A stretch of 64,000 nucleotides of DNA from Spirochaetia bacterium (GTDB taxonomy: Bacteria; Spirochaetota; Spirochaetia; SZUA-6; Bin103). The DNA is taken from NCBI GenBank assembly GCA_965203905.1, contig CBDBDQ010000005.1, forward strand, positions 2,048,001-2,112,000, given 5' to 3'. Below the pieces are notes generated by a model, which made no database searches, was not told where the DNA came from, and saw only the letters and a list, made by a program, of their open reading frames with translations. Shown one piece after another: positions 53,189 through 64,000 of this stretch. How positions within the stretch are numbered: the first letter of the stretch is position 1; each line of letters opens with the position of its first letter. Made by a program: the position numbers and the translations under genes.

Positions 53189-54534
53189 ATCCGTTCAAGG
53201 CGTACGACATCCGCGGCACCTATGGACCCGAGATCGACGACACCCTGGCATTCCGGGTGGGGCGCGCCTTTGCCCGCTTCACCGGTGGCGTGGACCTGCT
53301 GGGAGCAAGCGACGCCCGCATCCACTCGGCCGAGTTGCTGCGCGCCTTCGGCGCCGGCGCCGCCACTGCGGGCAGCACGGTGCACGACGCCGGCTGTACC
53401 AGCACCCCGGCGCTGCACTACCTGCAGATGGAGCGCGGTTACGGTGCCGGCGTGATGGCTACCGCGTCGCACAATCCGCCGCAGTACCACGGCTTCAAGC
53501 TCTACGACGGCAGCGGCGGCTCGGTGGGTTACGCCAAGGGCCTGCGCGAGATCGAGGCCGCGGTGGCCGGAGACAGCAGTCTGCCGCCCGCGTCACCGCC
53601 GCCGCTGCCGGCGTTGCCGGCAACCGCGCTGGACGCCTACGTGGAGTTCGCCACCGCCCACGTACGGCCCGAGGTGCGCGGCATGAAGGTGGTGCTGGAC
53701 GCCTCCAACGGCTCCTCCGGCGCGCTGCTGCAGGCGGCATCGGCGCGCCTGGGGCTGGACGCCACCGTCCTCAACGCCACCCCCGACGGCTCGTTTCCCG
53801 CGCACCTGCCCAACCCGCTGGAGCCGGACAGCCAGCGCCAGGTGGCGGCCGCGGTGCCGCGGACCGGAGCGGTGCTGGGCGCCGTGCTGGATGGGGACGG
53901 CGACCGCATCCTGTTCTTCGACGAGACCGGGCGGCCGCTGGAGAGCTACTTCGCGGGCGCCCTCATCGCCGGTGCGCTGCTGGAGCGGCATCCCGGCGCC
54001 GCCATCGTCTACGACCTGGTGTCCTCGCGGGTGTTCCCGGAAGCGATCGCGGCCGCCGGCGGCATCCCGGTCAAGGCGCGCGTCGGATACAGCTTTCTCT
54101 ACGACGAGATGGTCCGCACCCGCGCTCGGTACGGCAACGAGACCTCGGGCCATCTCTACTTCCGGGTGAGCGATTCCTTCTACACCGAGTCTGCGATCTA
54201 CGGGCTCGGCGTGCTGCTCAACCTGCTGCTGCAGCGCGGGCGGCCGTTGTCGGAGCTGGCAGCGCCGCTGCGTGCCCGCTACGTGCAGCAGGAGGAGGTG
54301 AACATCCGCATCGAGGGATTGGATCCCAAGGCGGCGCTGCAGCGGGTGCGGGCGGCATTTGCCGACGGCCGGCAGGAAGAGCTGGATGGGGTGAGCGTGA
54401 GCTACGACCGCTTCTGGTTCAATCTGCGCTCCAGCAACACCGAGCCGCTGCTGCGGCTGCGCCTGGAGGCGGTCGATGAAGAGGCGGTCGCGAAAGCCAC
54501 CGCCCGCATCCTGGAGCTGGTTGGAGGGAAGTGA
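53185..54534 (+). CDS. Phosphomannomutase/phosphoglucomutase
   Basis: [32 protein letters not shown]. Confidence 0.93.
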   Translation: MNPFKAYDIRGTYGPEIDDTLAFRVGRAFARFTGGVDLLGASDARIHSAELLRAFGAGAATAGSTVHDAGCTSTPALHYLQMERGYGAGVMATASHNPPQYHGFKLYDGSGGSVGYAKGLREIEAAVAGDSSLPPASPPPLPALPATALDAYVEFATAHVRPEVRGMKVVLDASNGSSGALLQAASARLGLDATVLNATPDGSFPAHLPNPLEPDSQRQVAAAVPRTGAVLGAVLDGDGDRILFFDETGRPLESYFAGALIAGALLERHPGAAIVYDLVSSRVFPEAIAAAGGIPVKARVGYSFLYDEMVRTRARYGNETSGHLYFRVSDSFYTESAIYGLGVLLNLLLQRGRPLSELAAPLRARYVQQEEVNIRIEGLDPKAALQRVRAAFADGRQEELDGVSVSYDRFWFNLRSSNTEPLLRLRLEAVDEEAVAKATARILELVGGK

Positions 54535-55112
54535 TGAGAATCCGTTACAACGCGCCCGCGGTACTCTCCTACGCGCTGCTCAGCGTGGCGGTGCTGGTGG
54601 CGGACCTGTTCGCCAACGGCCAGGTTTCGCGGCTCTACTTCGCGGTGCCGCCGACCTTCGACGGACAGTCGCTGCTGAGCTACTTTCAGGTGTTCTCCCA
54701 CATCGCCGGTCACCACGACTGGACCCACCTGGTGGCCAACTTCTCGCTGATCCTGCTGATCGGGCCGATCCTGGAGGAGAAGTACCACTCGGGACCGTTG
54801 CTGATGATGATGCTGGTCACCGCGCTGGTTACCGGGGTGATCAACATCCTGTTCCTCGATACCGGCCTGATGGGCGCGAGCGGCGTGGTGTTCATGATGA
54901 TCCTGCTCAGCTCCTTCACCAACATCGCCAGCGGCGAGATCCCCCTCACCTTCATCCTGGTGGTGGTGGTCTACCTCGCACGCGAGGTGATCGGTGCGTT
55001 CTCGGAAGACAGCGTGGCCCAGTTCGCGCACATCGCCGGCGGCGTCTGCGGCAGCCTGTTCGGATTCCTGTTCCAGCGCCAGCCCAAGGGCCGTTCCAGG
55101 GCGGAAGCGTAA
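54534..55112 (+). CDS. Rhomboid intramembrane serine protease
   Basis: H..WTHLVAN, GASG, AHIAGG. Confidence 0.88.
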   Translation: MRIRYNAPAVLSYALLSVAVLVADLFANGQVSRLYFAVPPTFDGQSLLSYFQVFSHIAGHHDWTHLVANFSLILLIGPILEEKYHSGPLLMMMLVTALVTGVINILFLDTGLMGASGVVFMMILLSSFTNIASGEIPLTFILVVVVYLAREVIGAFSEDSVAQFAHIAGGVCGSLFGFLFQRQPKGRSRAEA

Positions 55113-55114
55113 CC

Positions 55115-56205
<1,091 letters not shown>

Positions 56206-56206
<1 letters not shown>

Positions 56207-57132
56207 TGGCCGCGGCCGGCGCGGCGGCCGGCGCCGCTGCCCTGACGCCGCCGCGGGAGCTGGTGCCGGATGCGCCGCTCACCGTGCGCGCCGCGCTGGG
56301 CGCGGCAAGTGCACGACTGCAGGCCCGCGGCATGGCCACCCCGTGGCTGGATGCCACGGTGTTGCTGGCCCACGCCCTCGGCGTATCCAAGGAATGGCTG
56401 TTCGCGGCCTATCCGGAGCCCCTGCCCGAGGTTGCCCGGCTCCGCTTCGAGCGGTTGCTGGCACGCCGCGAGGCGGGCGAGCCGGTGGCTTACCTGCGCG
56501 GCTACAAGGAGTTCTACGGCCGGCCCTTCATCGTGGACCGGCGCGTATTGATCCCGCGGCCGGAGACCGAGCTGCTGGTGGAGGCGTTGTTGACGTGCGG
56601 CGACGCGCTCGCGGCCGAGCGCGGGTCGGTGGCGCTGCACGACGTCGGGACCGGATCGGGAGCGATTGCGGTTACCGTCCAGCTCGAGCGCCCCGCATGG
56701 CGGGTGAGCGGCTCCGACCTGTCGTCGCCGGCCGTGCTCGCCGCGCTGCGCAACCGCGACGGCCTGGGCGCCGGCCACCTGCGGCTGCGGGTGTGCGACC
56801 TGCTGCCGCCGGCGCCGGCACGCTGGGATCTGATCGCAGCCAACCCGCCCTACCTGACCAGTGCGGAGGTCGCGGACCTGCGCCGCCGGGGCTGGCCGGA
56901 GCCGGCGCTCGCGCTCGACGGCGGTGACGACGGCCTCGGTCCGAGTCGCCGCCTGATCGCGGCGGCACGAGGGCGCCTGCGGCCGGGCGGCGCACTGATC
57001 GTGGAAACGGGTGCCGAGCGGGCCGCCGCGCTGGCGCGTTGCCTGGAGCGCCACGGCTTCGCCCCGCCGGAGTTGCGGCGCGACCTGGGAGGCCTGCCGC
57101 GGGTACTGATCGCGCGCCGGAGAGCGCCGTGA
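56206..57132 (+). CDS. prmC: Release factor glutamine methyltransferase
   Basis: LIPRPETE, DVGTGSG, NPPY, ALDGG. Confidence 0.95.
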
Positions 57133-59312
57133 GCGCGCCGCGCTCCAACGGCGCCGCCGCGGCAACCGGTACCAGGGCCCGGCGCGGTTCCGCGGCCGGC
57201 GGCAATGCCGCGGTAGCGGTCCGCGACAGCGGTCCGCATGCCGGCTACCCGCGGGTGACGCAGGCGTCACGGCGGCTCGTGAACCGCTTCTGCGAGCGCC
57301 TCGAGGCGCTCGCGGAAGAGTACGACGAAGCGTCGTACGACGAGGCCGCGCGGCGCAAGATCGTTGCCGCGGCGCGCTGGGCCAACGCCCGCCACTCGGG
57401 CCAGTTCCGCGCCAGCGGAGATCCCTTCATCATCCACCCCCTGGAAGTGGCGTCCATCCTGCTGGAGACCCGTCTCGACACCGCGACGCTGATCGCGGCG
57501 CTGCTGCACGACGTGGTGGAGGACACCGGGTCCACCGTGGACGAGATCACCGACACCTTCGGCGAGGAGGTCGCCGGCCTGGTCCAGGGAGTCACCAAGA
57601 TCTCCATCATCAAGGGGCAGAGCCATTGGGCGCGGGCCGCGGAGTCGATCCGCAAGATGCTGTTCGCGATGGTGCGCGACGTGCGCGTGATCCTCATCAA
57701 GCTGGCCGACAAGCTCCACAACATGCGCACGCTGGAGTTCGTCAACCCCGAGGACCGCACCCGTATCGCGCACGAGTGCATGGACATCTACTGTCCCCTG
57801 GCGGGACGGCTGGGCCTCTACCGGATCCGCACCGAGCTGGAGGACCTGGCGATGAAGTACCTTTATCCGCGGGCCTACGAGCAGCTCAAGGAGTTCGTGG
57901 CGGCGACCCGCGCCGAGCGCGACGCCTACCTGCGGGACATCACCGAGCAGCTCTCCGCCGCGGCACGGGAAGCCGGCGTGCGGCTGCGGGTGGAGAGCCG
58001 CGCCAAGCACTTCTACTCGATCTACCAGAAGATGAAGGATCGCGGCCACTCCGCCGGGGAGATCCACGATCTGCTGGGCGTGCGCATCATCTGTGCCTCC
58101 ACCGGGGAGTGCTACGAGATTCTGGGCCTGGTTCACCGCCTGTGGCTGCCGATCGAGGGGCGCTTCAAGGACTACATCGCGATGCCCAAGTCCAACCGCT
58201 ACCAGAGCCTGCACACCACGGTGATGGGCCCGCGCGGGACCACCATCGAAATCCAGATCCGCAGCGACCAGATGCACGAGACCGCCGAGAACGGCATCGC
58301 CGCCCACTGGCTGTACAAGTCGCGCCGCACCGGGGACGCGGACGCGCTCGCCGGACAGCTCTCGATCATCCACAAGCTGCGCGACTGGCAGGGGGCGCAG
58401 GCGGCGTCCAGCGAGTTCCTCGACGAGATCAAGCGTGAGCTGTTGCGCGACTCGATCTACGTGTTCACCCCGAAGGGGGACATCATCGAGCTGCCGCGCG
58501 GTTCCACGCCGATCGACTTCGCCTACCACATCCACACCGAGGTCGGGAACCACTGTCAGGCGGCCAAGGCCAACGGCAGCATCGTGCCGTTGAGCGCGGA
58601 GCTCAAGAACACGCAGGTGATACAGATCATCACCAGCACCCGCGCCCACCCCCACGTCGGCTGGCTGCGCTCGGTCAAGACCTCCCGCGCACGCTCCAAG
58701 ATCCGCCACTGGCTGACCCAGGAGAACCCCGACCTGATCATCCAGCGCAACATCGTGGCGCAGCCGGCACAGCAGACCCAGACGCCGGCCCCTGCCCGGC
58801 ACCGGCGGCGCGCCGCGGAGGAGCGTACCGACCAGGAGCCGCGCAGCGACGACGACGCGGCCTGGCGGGTGGGATTGCGCGACGGCAACGACGCCGGCCT
58901 GCTGATCCGGCTGGCGCGCTGTTGCCGGCCCAGTCCCGCCGACGAGATCGTCGGCTACATCTCACGCGGCCAGGGCATCACCGTACACCGGGCCAGTTGC
59001 GCCAATGTGCGCAACATCCGCGACTTCAACGAGCGTGGCGTGGAGGTGGCCTGGGAAATGCCGGCACCGCGGCAGAACTACAGTTTCACCGTCGCCGCCG
59101 AACCCGACGCCCGGCTCTACTCGGAGATCGAGCGCATCATCCACGAGGACGGCGGCACCCTGGTGTCCGGCAACCTCGACACCGACAGCCAGGCGCACGT
59201 GACCGGACGCTTCACCGTGGCGGTGAAGAGCAAGCGCGACTACGGGCGCGTGATCAAGCATCTGAAGAGCCTGAAGGCGGTGAAATCCCTGCACCGCGAA
59301 TCGGGCCCATGA
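57129..59312 (+). CDS. rel: Bifunctional (p)ppGpp synthetase/hydrolase
   Basis: LHDVVED, RFKDY, YQSLHT, EIQIR, TGS domain, RCC..H..C; start uncertain. Confidence 0.93.
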   Translation: MSAPRSNGAAAATGTRARRGSAAGGNAAVAVRDSGPHAGYPRVTQASRRLVNRFCERLEALAEEYDEASYDEAARRKIVAAARWANARHSGQFRASGDPFIIHPLEVASILLETRLDTATLIAALLHDVVEDTGSTVDEITDTFGEEVAGLVQGVTKISIIKGQSHWARAAESIRKMLFAMVRDVRVILIKLADKLHNMRTLEFVNPEDRTRIAHECMDIYCPLAGRLGLYRIRTELEDLAMKYLYPRAYEQLKEFVAATRAERDAYLRDITEQLSAAAREAGVRLRVESRAKHFYSIYQKMKDRGHSAGEIHDLLGVRIICASTGECYEILGLVHRLWLPIEGRFKDYIAMPKSNRYQSLHTTVMGPRGTTIEIQIRSDQMHETAENGIAAHWLYKSRRTGDADALAGQLSIIHKLRDWQGAQAASSEFLDEIKRELLRDSIYVFTPKGDIIELPRGSTPIDFAYHIHTEVGNHCQAAKANGSIVPLSAELKNTQVIQIITSTRAHPHVGWLRSVKTSRARSKIRHWLTQENPDLIIQRNIVAQPAQQTQTPAPARHRRRAAEERTDQEPRSDDDAAWRVGLRDGNDAGLLIRLARCCRPSPADEIVGYISRGQGITVHRASCANVRNIRDFNERGVEVAWEMPAPRQNYSFTVAAEPDARLYSEIERIIHEDGGTLVSGNLDTDSQAHVTGRFTVAVKSKRDYGRVIKHLKSLKAVKSLHRESGP

Positions 59313-60361
59313 CGCAGACCATGAACGACGACCGTACCGGTACCTTGACACGGATTTACCTCGAAGGATTCACCGCATTCGAGCGCTTGGAGCTGGATCT
59401 CAATGCCGGCATCAACGTGTTCCTGGGATCCAACGGAACCGGTAAGACGCATCTCTTGAAAGTAGCTTACACTGCTTGTGAACTTACCAGAGTGAGTCCC
59501 GAAACGATGACTGAAACGTACGTTCATGACAAGCTGCGACGAGTGTTTCTTCCGTCCGGTGACTCCGTGGGACGTTTGATCAGGTATCCAACCGACGACC
59601 CTGTCGCGATCATGGAAGTCTGTCAGGAGGAGCGTAAGGTTCGCGTTCCTATTTTCGTTAGTGGAGAACGGTTCCGGTCCGTTGATGACGTTGGCTGGTC
59701 GGGCAATACCATCCGGAGCGTGTTCGTTCCCGCTCAGGAGATGCTCTCGCACGGGCCGGGATTTCGTTCACTTTATGCCTACCGCGAGATACACTTCGAG
59801 GAGGTCTATAACGACATTCTCGACCGTGCGTATCTACCACCGCTACGGCAACCTCTGGATGGCGCACGCCAGCTTGTTCTGAAGGAACTGGAGAACGTGC
59901 TTGGCGGCAGGATAGTCGTTGAGAACGAAGAGTTCTTTCTCAAAAAAGAGCATCGCGAAGTGGAGTTCAACCTACTGGCGGAGGGCCTGCGAAAGCTCGG
60001 TCTTCTTTGGCTGCTGGTGGGCAACGGAACACTACCAGATGGATCGGTGCTATGCTGGGATGAGCCCGAGGCCAATCTCAACCCGAAACTTGTCTCCGTG
60101 GTCGTCAAGGTCCTGTTACAGCTTCAAAGGCAGGGTGTACAGATTCTGATCGCTACCCACGACTACGCAGTTCTGAAGGAGCTGGAGCTGCTCAAGGACG
60201 AAAACGACGACGTTTGCTTCCATGCGTTGTATCACGACGCCAACGGCGAATTGATGTGCGAGTCCGCAGCGCGTCCGTTTGAGCTCGCGCACAGTCCGAT
60301 TGCCGAAGCATTCACGTCGCTCTACGACCGCGAGATCGAACGTTCGCTGGGCCGCCGATGA
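59309..60361 (+). CDS. ABC-type (AAA_21-like) ATPase
   Basis: GSNGTGKTH, LAEGLRK, WDEPEAN, ATHD; lower GC; ATGA overlap with rel stop. Confidence 0.88.
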   Translation: MTQTMNDDRTGTLTRIYLEGFTAFERLELDLNAGINVFLGSNGTGKTHLLKVAYTACELTRVSPETMTETYVHDKLRRVFLPSGDSVGRLIRYPTDDPVAIMEVCQEERKVRVPIFVSGERFRSVDDVGWSGNTIRSVFVPAQEMLSHGPGFRSLYAYREIHFEEVYNDILDRAYLPPLRQPLDGARQLVLKELENVLGGRIVVENEEFFLKKEHREVEFNLLAEGLRKLGLLWLLVGNGTLPDGSVLCWDEPEANLNPKLVSVVVKVLLQLQRQGVQILIATHDYAVLKELELLKDENDDVCFHALYHDANGELMCESAARPFELAHSPIAEAFTSLYDREIERSLGRR

Positions 60362-60537
60362 CGACCCTCGAAGAAGGAGCACTTCGCTTCGCATTTGGCG
60401 ATCCATGGCGCGCCGAGCGGCTCGGAAGGGAGACCGACACGGCGTGGAAGCGCAACTACGTATCGGACTGCAACGTGGTCCCGGTCGCGGACTTCGGTAA
60501 AGCACTTCCGGGCTGTTCGGCCCGCCGTATCGCGTAG
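60358..60537 (+). pseudogene. Internally deleted partner gene of the ATPase (59 aa)
   Basis: ATGA-coupled ORF MTTLEEGALRFAFGDPWRAERLGRETDTAWKRNYVSDCNVVPVADFGKALPGCSARRIA; reads like fused N- and C-termini of a longer protein. Confidence 0.55.
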
Positions 60538-60637
60538 TGCAGTTCTATGCCAGTCGCCAAGCCGTTCGCCGGCAGGCGTCCTCCTGCGCGCCGCCGTTCG
60601 GACCCGATGGGTCGACCGTGCGCGGGCAGGGGCGCGG

Positions 60638-61618
60638 TCAGCGCAGCCAGCCGTGGGCGAGGTACCACCGCGCGGTGCGCCGTACCCCGTCTCGGGTGCT
60701 GACGCGGGGCTGATAGCCGAGTTCGGCTTGGATGCGGCGGCTGGCGAGGACCCAGGCCGGTTGCGCGATCTCGCGCAGCTTGTCGCGGCTGAGCAGCAGG
60801 TCGCGGCGCAGCAGGCGGCCGGCCGCGGCCAGCGGCATCCCGGCCACGGCCAGAGCTGCCTGAGGCACCGGCAGCCGCCAGGTGGGGCGGCCGTAGGCGG
60901 CGGCGATCCACCGCGCCACCTCGCTCATGGTCACCACGCCGCGGTCGGCGACGTGGTAGACACGCTGCCCGGCGTGCTGCGGCCGTTCCAGCGCCAGCAG
61001 CAGCGCATCCACCAGGTTGCCGACGTACACCATGCTGAGGCGGCCGGCAGGCACCAGCTCCGGGCGTACCCCGGCCCGCACCAGGCGAAAGTAGGCGAAG
61101 ATGTCCCGGTCCCCCGGACCGTACACGGCCGGCGGGCGGATGACGGTGATCGGCAGCTCGGGATGGCGGTGGCGGATCCGCTCGGCGGCCAGCTTGCTGC
61201 GGCCGTAGGCGGTTACCGGGGCCGGCGCATCCTCTTCGCGCCGCGGCCGGCCCCGGCTGGAGGGACCAACGGCCGCCTGGCTGCTGACCAGGATGAGCTG
61301 TCCGACCGCGGGATTGGCCCGGGCCAGAGCCGCGCACAGCGCCGCGGTGCCGCCGCGGTTGACGCGGTACAGTTCCCGCGGCGTCCACGACCGGGTCAGC
61401 CCGGCGAGGTGCACCACGGCGTCGCAGTCGCATACCAGCCGCTCCAGGGCGGCGCCATCGCCCAGATCCGCCGCCAGCACCGGCTCCACCTCGACCGGGA
61501 GCAGCGAGCGGTCGCTTGCCGGCCGCAACAGGCAGCGCACCCGATCGCCGCGCGCGGCGAGGGCGGCTACCAGGTGCGCACCAATGAACCCGCTGCCCCC
61601 GGTGACCGCTACCCGCAC
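60638..61618 (-). CDS. NAD-dependent epimerase/dehydratase (extended SDR, CerR-like)
   Basis: VTGGSGFIG, VVHLAG, VSS, YGRSK, RPPAVYGPGD. Confidence 0.88.
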   Translation of the reverse strand: MRVAVTGGSGFIGAHLVAALAARGDRVRCLLRPASDRSLLPVEVEPVLAADLGDGAALERLVCDCDAVVHLAGLTRSWTPRELYRVNRGGTAALCAALARANPAVGQLILVSSQAAVGPSSRGRPRREEDAPAPVTAYGRSKLAAERIRHRHPELPITVIRPPAVYGPGDRDIFAYFRLVRAGVRPELVPAGRLSMVYVGNLVDALLLALERPQHAGQRVYHVADRGVVTMSEVARWIAAAYGRPTWRLPVPQAALAVAGMPLAAAGRLLRRDLLLSRDKLREIAQPAWVLASRRIQAELGYQPRVSTRDGVRRTARWYLAHGWLR

Positions 61619-61656
61619 CGGCGCCGTCCGTAGTGCGGGCGCAATCGCCGGCTCGC

Positions 61657-61685
61657 TTGCCGATTGCTCGGCAAGCTCGTAGGCT
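61657..61685 (+). promoter_or_regulatory. Promoter of the GNAT gene (leaderless geometry)
   Basis: TTGCCG-17 bp-TAGGCT-7 nt-GTG. Confidence 0.55.
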
Positions 61686-61692
61686 GCGGTCC

Positions 61693-62838
61693 GTGGCGGC
61701 TACCTCTGCCATTGAAGGCGACGCGATCACGGTGGCACCGGTGCGCAGCGCTGCCGACCGGCGCCGCTTCATGCGCTTTCCGTGGTCGGTGTACCGCGGC
61801 AACTCGGCGTGGGTGCCGCCGCTGCTCTCGGACTTCAAGAAAAAGCTCGACACCGAACGCAATCCGTTCTATCGGCATGCTGAAATCCAGCCCTTCCTGG
61901 CCTATCACAACGGCGCGGTCGTGGGAACCGTCGCCGCCGTCATCGACCACGAGTTCAACAGCTTCCACGACGAGCGCACCGGCTTCTTCGGTTTTTTCGA
62001 GGCCGAGGATCTCGTCGTGGTGGCGCGCGCGCTGCTGGACACGGCCGGCGCGTGGTTGAAGGCGCGCGGCATGACCCACCTGCGCGGGCCGGTCAACCCG
62101 TCCACGGCGGAGTCTATGGGCACGCTGCTCGATGCCTACGATCTCCCCCCCGCCATCCTCATGGCCTACAACCCCTCCTACTATCCGCGCCTGCTGGAGG
62201 CCGCGGGGCTGACCAAGGCCAAGGATCTGGTGGCGCTGTACATGGACTCGCGCGAGACGCCGGTGCCGCCGCGGGCGGCGCGGCTGGCGGAGCTGGTGCG
62301 GCGCCGCCACAACGTCACCATCCGCAGCGCGGACCTGCGCCAGCTCGACCGCGAGATGAAGCTGCTCAAGCTGATCTACAACGACGCCTGGACCAGGAAC
62401 TGGGGGTTCGTGCCGTGGAGCGACGAAGAGATCGAATACAGTGCCGCGGACCTGAAGATGGTGATCGATCCCGACCTGGTGTTCTTCGCCTTCGTCGACG
62501 GCGAGCCGGCGGGATTCTCGCTGGCGCTGCCCGACTTCCACCAGGTGCTGCGGCGCATCAACGGCCGCCTGTTTCCCGTCGGCGTGCTCAAGGTGCTGTG
62601 GTACCGGCGCCGGATCGACCTGTTGCGGGTGGTCATGGCCGGAATCCGCCACCGGTACCGCAACCTGGCCCTGGATGCCGTGTTCTACTACGAGACCTAT
62701 ACCCGCGGCGTTGCCAAGGGCTATTGGCACGGCGAGTTCTCCTGGGTGCTGGAGGACAACCACGCGATGCGCAACACCCTGGAAAAGATGGGCGCCCGGG
62801 TCTACAAGCGCTACCGCATCTACGAGCGCACGCTGTAG
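61693..62838 (+). CDS. YghO-like GNAT acyltransferase (bacterial ceramide synthase-like)
   Basis: FMRFPWSVY...WVPPL, NPF, GFFGFFE, LRGPVN, YNPSYY, YNDAWTRNWGFVP, SWVLEDN. Confidence 0.8.
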   Translation: MAATSAIEGDAITVAPVRSAADRRRFMRFPWSVYRGNSAWVPPLLSDFKKKLDTERNPFYRHAEIQPFLAYHNGAVVGTVAAVIDHEFNSFHDERTGFFGFFEAEDLVVVARALLDTAGAWLKARGMTHLRGPVNPSTAESMGTLLDAYDLPPAILMAYNPSYYPRLLEAAGLTKAKDLVALYMDSRETPVPPRAARLAELVRRRHNVTIRSADLRQLDREMKLLKLIYNDAWTRNWGFVPWSDEEIEYSAADLKMVIDPDLVFFAFVDGEPAGFSLALPDFHQVLRRINGRLFPVGVLKVLWYRRRIDLLRVVMAGIRHRYRNLALDAVFYYETYTRGVAKGYWHGEFSWVLEDNHAMRNTLEKMGARVYKRYRIYERTL

Positions 62839-62850
62839 CGCGCGGGCGGG

Positions 62851-63999
62851 TCAGCTGCGCCCGGCAGCCGAGTCGTTCAGCACGGCGAGCGCGGCGCCGT
62901 CCGGCGCCAGATCAACGGTAACCACGCCGCGCAGGCGCGCGCCGGCGAGCAGCAGGTCGGTGATGCGGTCGGCCACCTCGCGCTGAAACAGGCGTCCCAG
63001 GGGGCGCGCGCCGTAGCGGGGGTCGTAGCCGCGTTCGGCCAGCCAGCGGTGGGCGGCCTCGGTGAGCTGCACCGTGGCGCGGCCGCCGGGGCCGCCCCGG
63101 GCGCGCAGCTTGGCGTTGAGCTGCCGCAGGTGGGCGGCCACGATGCGGCGCATGCTGTCGGGCTGCAGCGGCCGGAAGGTGACGATGGCGTCCAGGCGGT
63201 TGATGAACTCGGGCCGGAACAGCCGCTTCACGGCGGCCTCTGCGGCAGAGGTCGGCACCGGCATTGCGTCGTGCTCGAAGCCGATGTGGGCGGCGCTCAT
63301 CTCTTCCCCGCCGGCGTTCGAGGTCATCGCCAGCACCGTGTGGTGGAAGTCGGCGCGGCGCCCGTTGCCGTCGGTGAGGGAGGCGTGGTCCATGATCTGC
63401 AGCAGCAGGTCGAACACGTCTGGATGGGCCTTCTCGATCTCGTCCAGCAGCACCACGGAGTAGGGTGCCTTGATCACGGCATCGGTCAGGTAGCCGCCCT
63501 CCTCGTAGCCGACGTAGCCGGGCGGCGCGCCGATCAGCCGCGACACGGTGTGCTTCTCCTGGTACTCGCTCATGTCGATGCGGATCAGCTCCACCCCGAG
63601 CAGGTCGGCGAGCTGGCGGGTGAGCTCGGTCTTGCCGACGCCGGTGGGGCCGGTGAGCAGGAACGCCCCGATCGGCTGGTGCACCTCGCCGAGGCCGGCG
63701 CGGTTGCGCTTGATGGCGCGGGTGATGCGGTCGATCGCCTCCTCCTGCCCGAAGATCCGCTCACGCAGCTTGCCCGGCAGATCGCGCAGCGACCGGCGCC
63801 CGCCGCTGGAGACCGCCGCCACCGGCCGCCCGCTGATGCCCGCCACCACCGCCGCCACCTCGCTGCTGGTGATCACGTGGCGCCGCGCGGTGGCGGGGCC
63901 GGCAGCGCCAGCGACGCCCGCCGCCGCACCGTCGCCGGCAGCGTCCGTGAGTTCGCCCGGCGGCGCAGCGGCACCGTTCCCGGCGGCCCCCGCGCGCAG
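62851..63999 (-). CDS. ClpA/ClpC-type AAA+ chaperone, C-terminal half (5' end beyond window)
   Basis: IFGQEEA, GPTGVGKTE, DMSEYQEKHTVSRLIGAPPGYVGY, LLDEIEKAH, IGF loop, YGARPL. Confidence 0.92.
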   Translation of the reverse strand: MRAGAAGNGAAAPPGELTDAAGDGAAAGVAGAAGPATARRHVITSSEVAAVVAGISGRPVAAVSSGGRRSLRDLPGKLRERIFGQEEAIDRITRAIKRNRAGLGEVHQPIGAFLLTGPTGVGKTELTRQLADLLGVELIRIDMSEYQEKHTVSRLIGAPPGYVGYEEGGYLTDAVIKAPYSVVLLDEIEKAHPDVFDLLLQIMDHASLTDGNGRRADFHHTVLAMTSNAGGEEMSAAHIGFEHDAMPVPTSAAEAAVKRLFRPEFINRLDAIVTFRPLQPDSMRRIVAAHLRQLNAKLRARGGPGGRATVQLTEAAHRWLAERGYDPRYGARPLGRLFQREVADRITDLLLAGARLRGVVTVDLAPDGAALAVLNDSAAGRS

Positions 64000-64000
64000 C

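Overview
High-GC (roughly 70% by eye) bacterial chromosome segment, most likely a Spirochaetota lineage. Support: an Msp/Tpr-like major outer-membrane protein, and the gene orders prfA-prmC-rel and rsmE-ctpA/lgt known from Borrelia-type genomes. The window is mostly housekeeping: hppA, pspA, rsmE, ctpA, lgt, tRNA-Val(CAC), PPi-PFK, nth, apgM, ilvE, trpE-GD-CF-B-A, trxA, icd, mltD, ABC-F, PMM/PGM, prfA, prmC, rel, and a Clp ATPase cut by the window edge. Best leads: (i) a divergent GNAT + NAD-dependent reductase pair resembling bacterial ceramide synthase/reductase (bCerS/CerR); (ii) a leaderless WWW leader peptide with attenuator hairpins before trpE; (iii) a 950-bp control region before the major OMP, with a consensus sigma54 promoter, a palindromic enhancer and three TTGACA boxes; (iv) two lower-GC ABC-ATPase + nuclease-like modules, one PARIS-like, both with a damaged partner gene; (v) a Chlamydia CT611/FolC2-like glutamate ligase; (vi) many apparently leaderless genes. 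Three single-base frameshifts may be assembly errors. All family calls come from motif recognition, not database searches.
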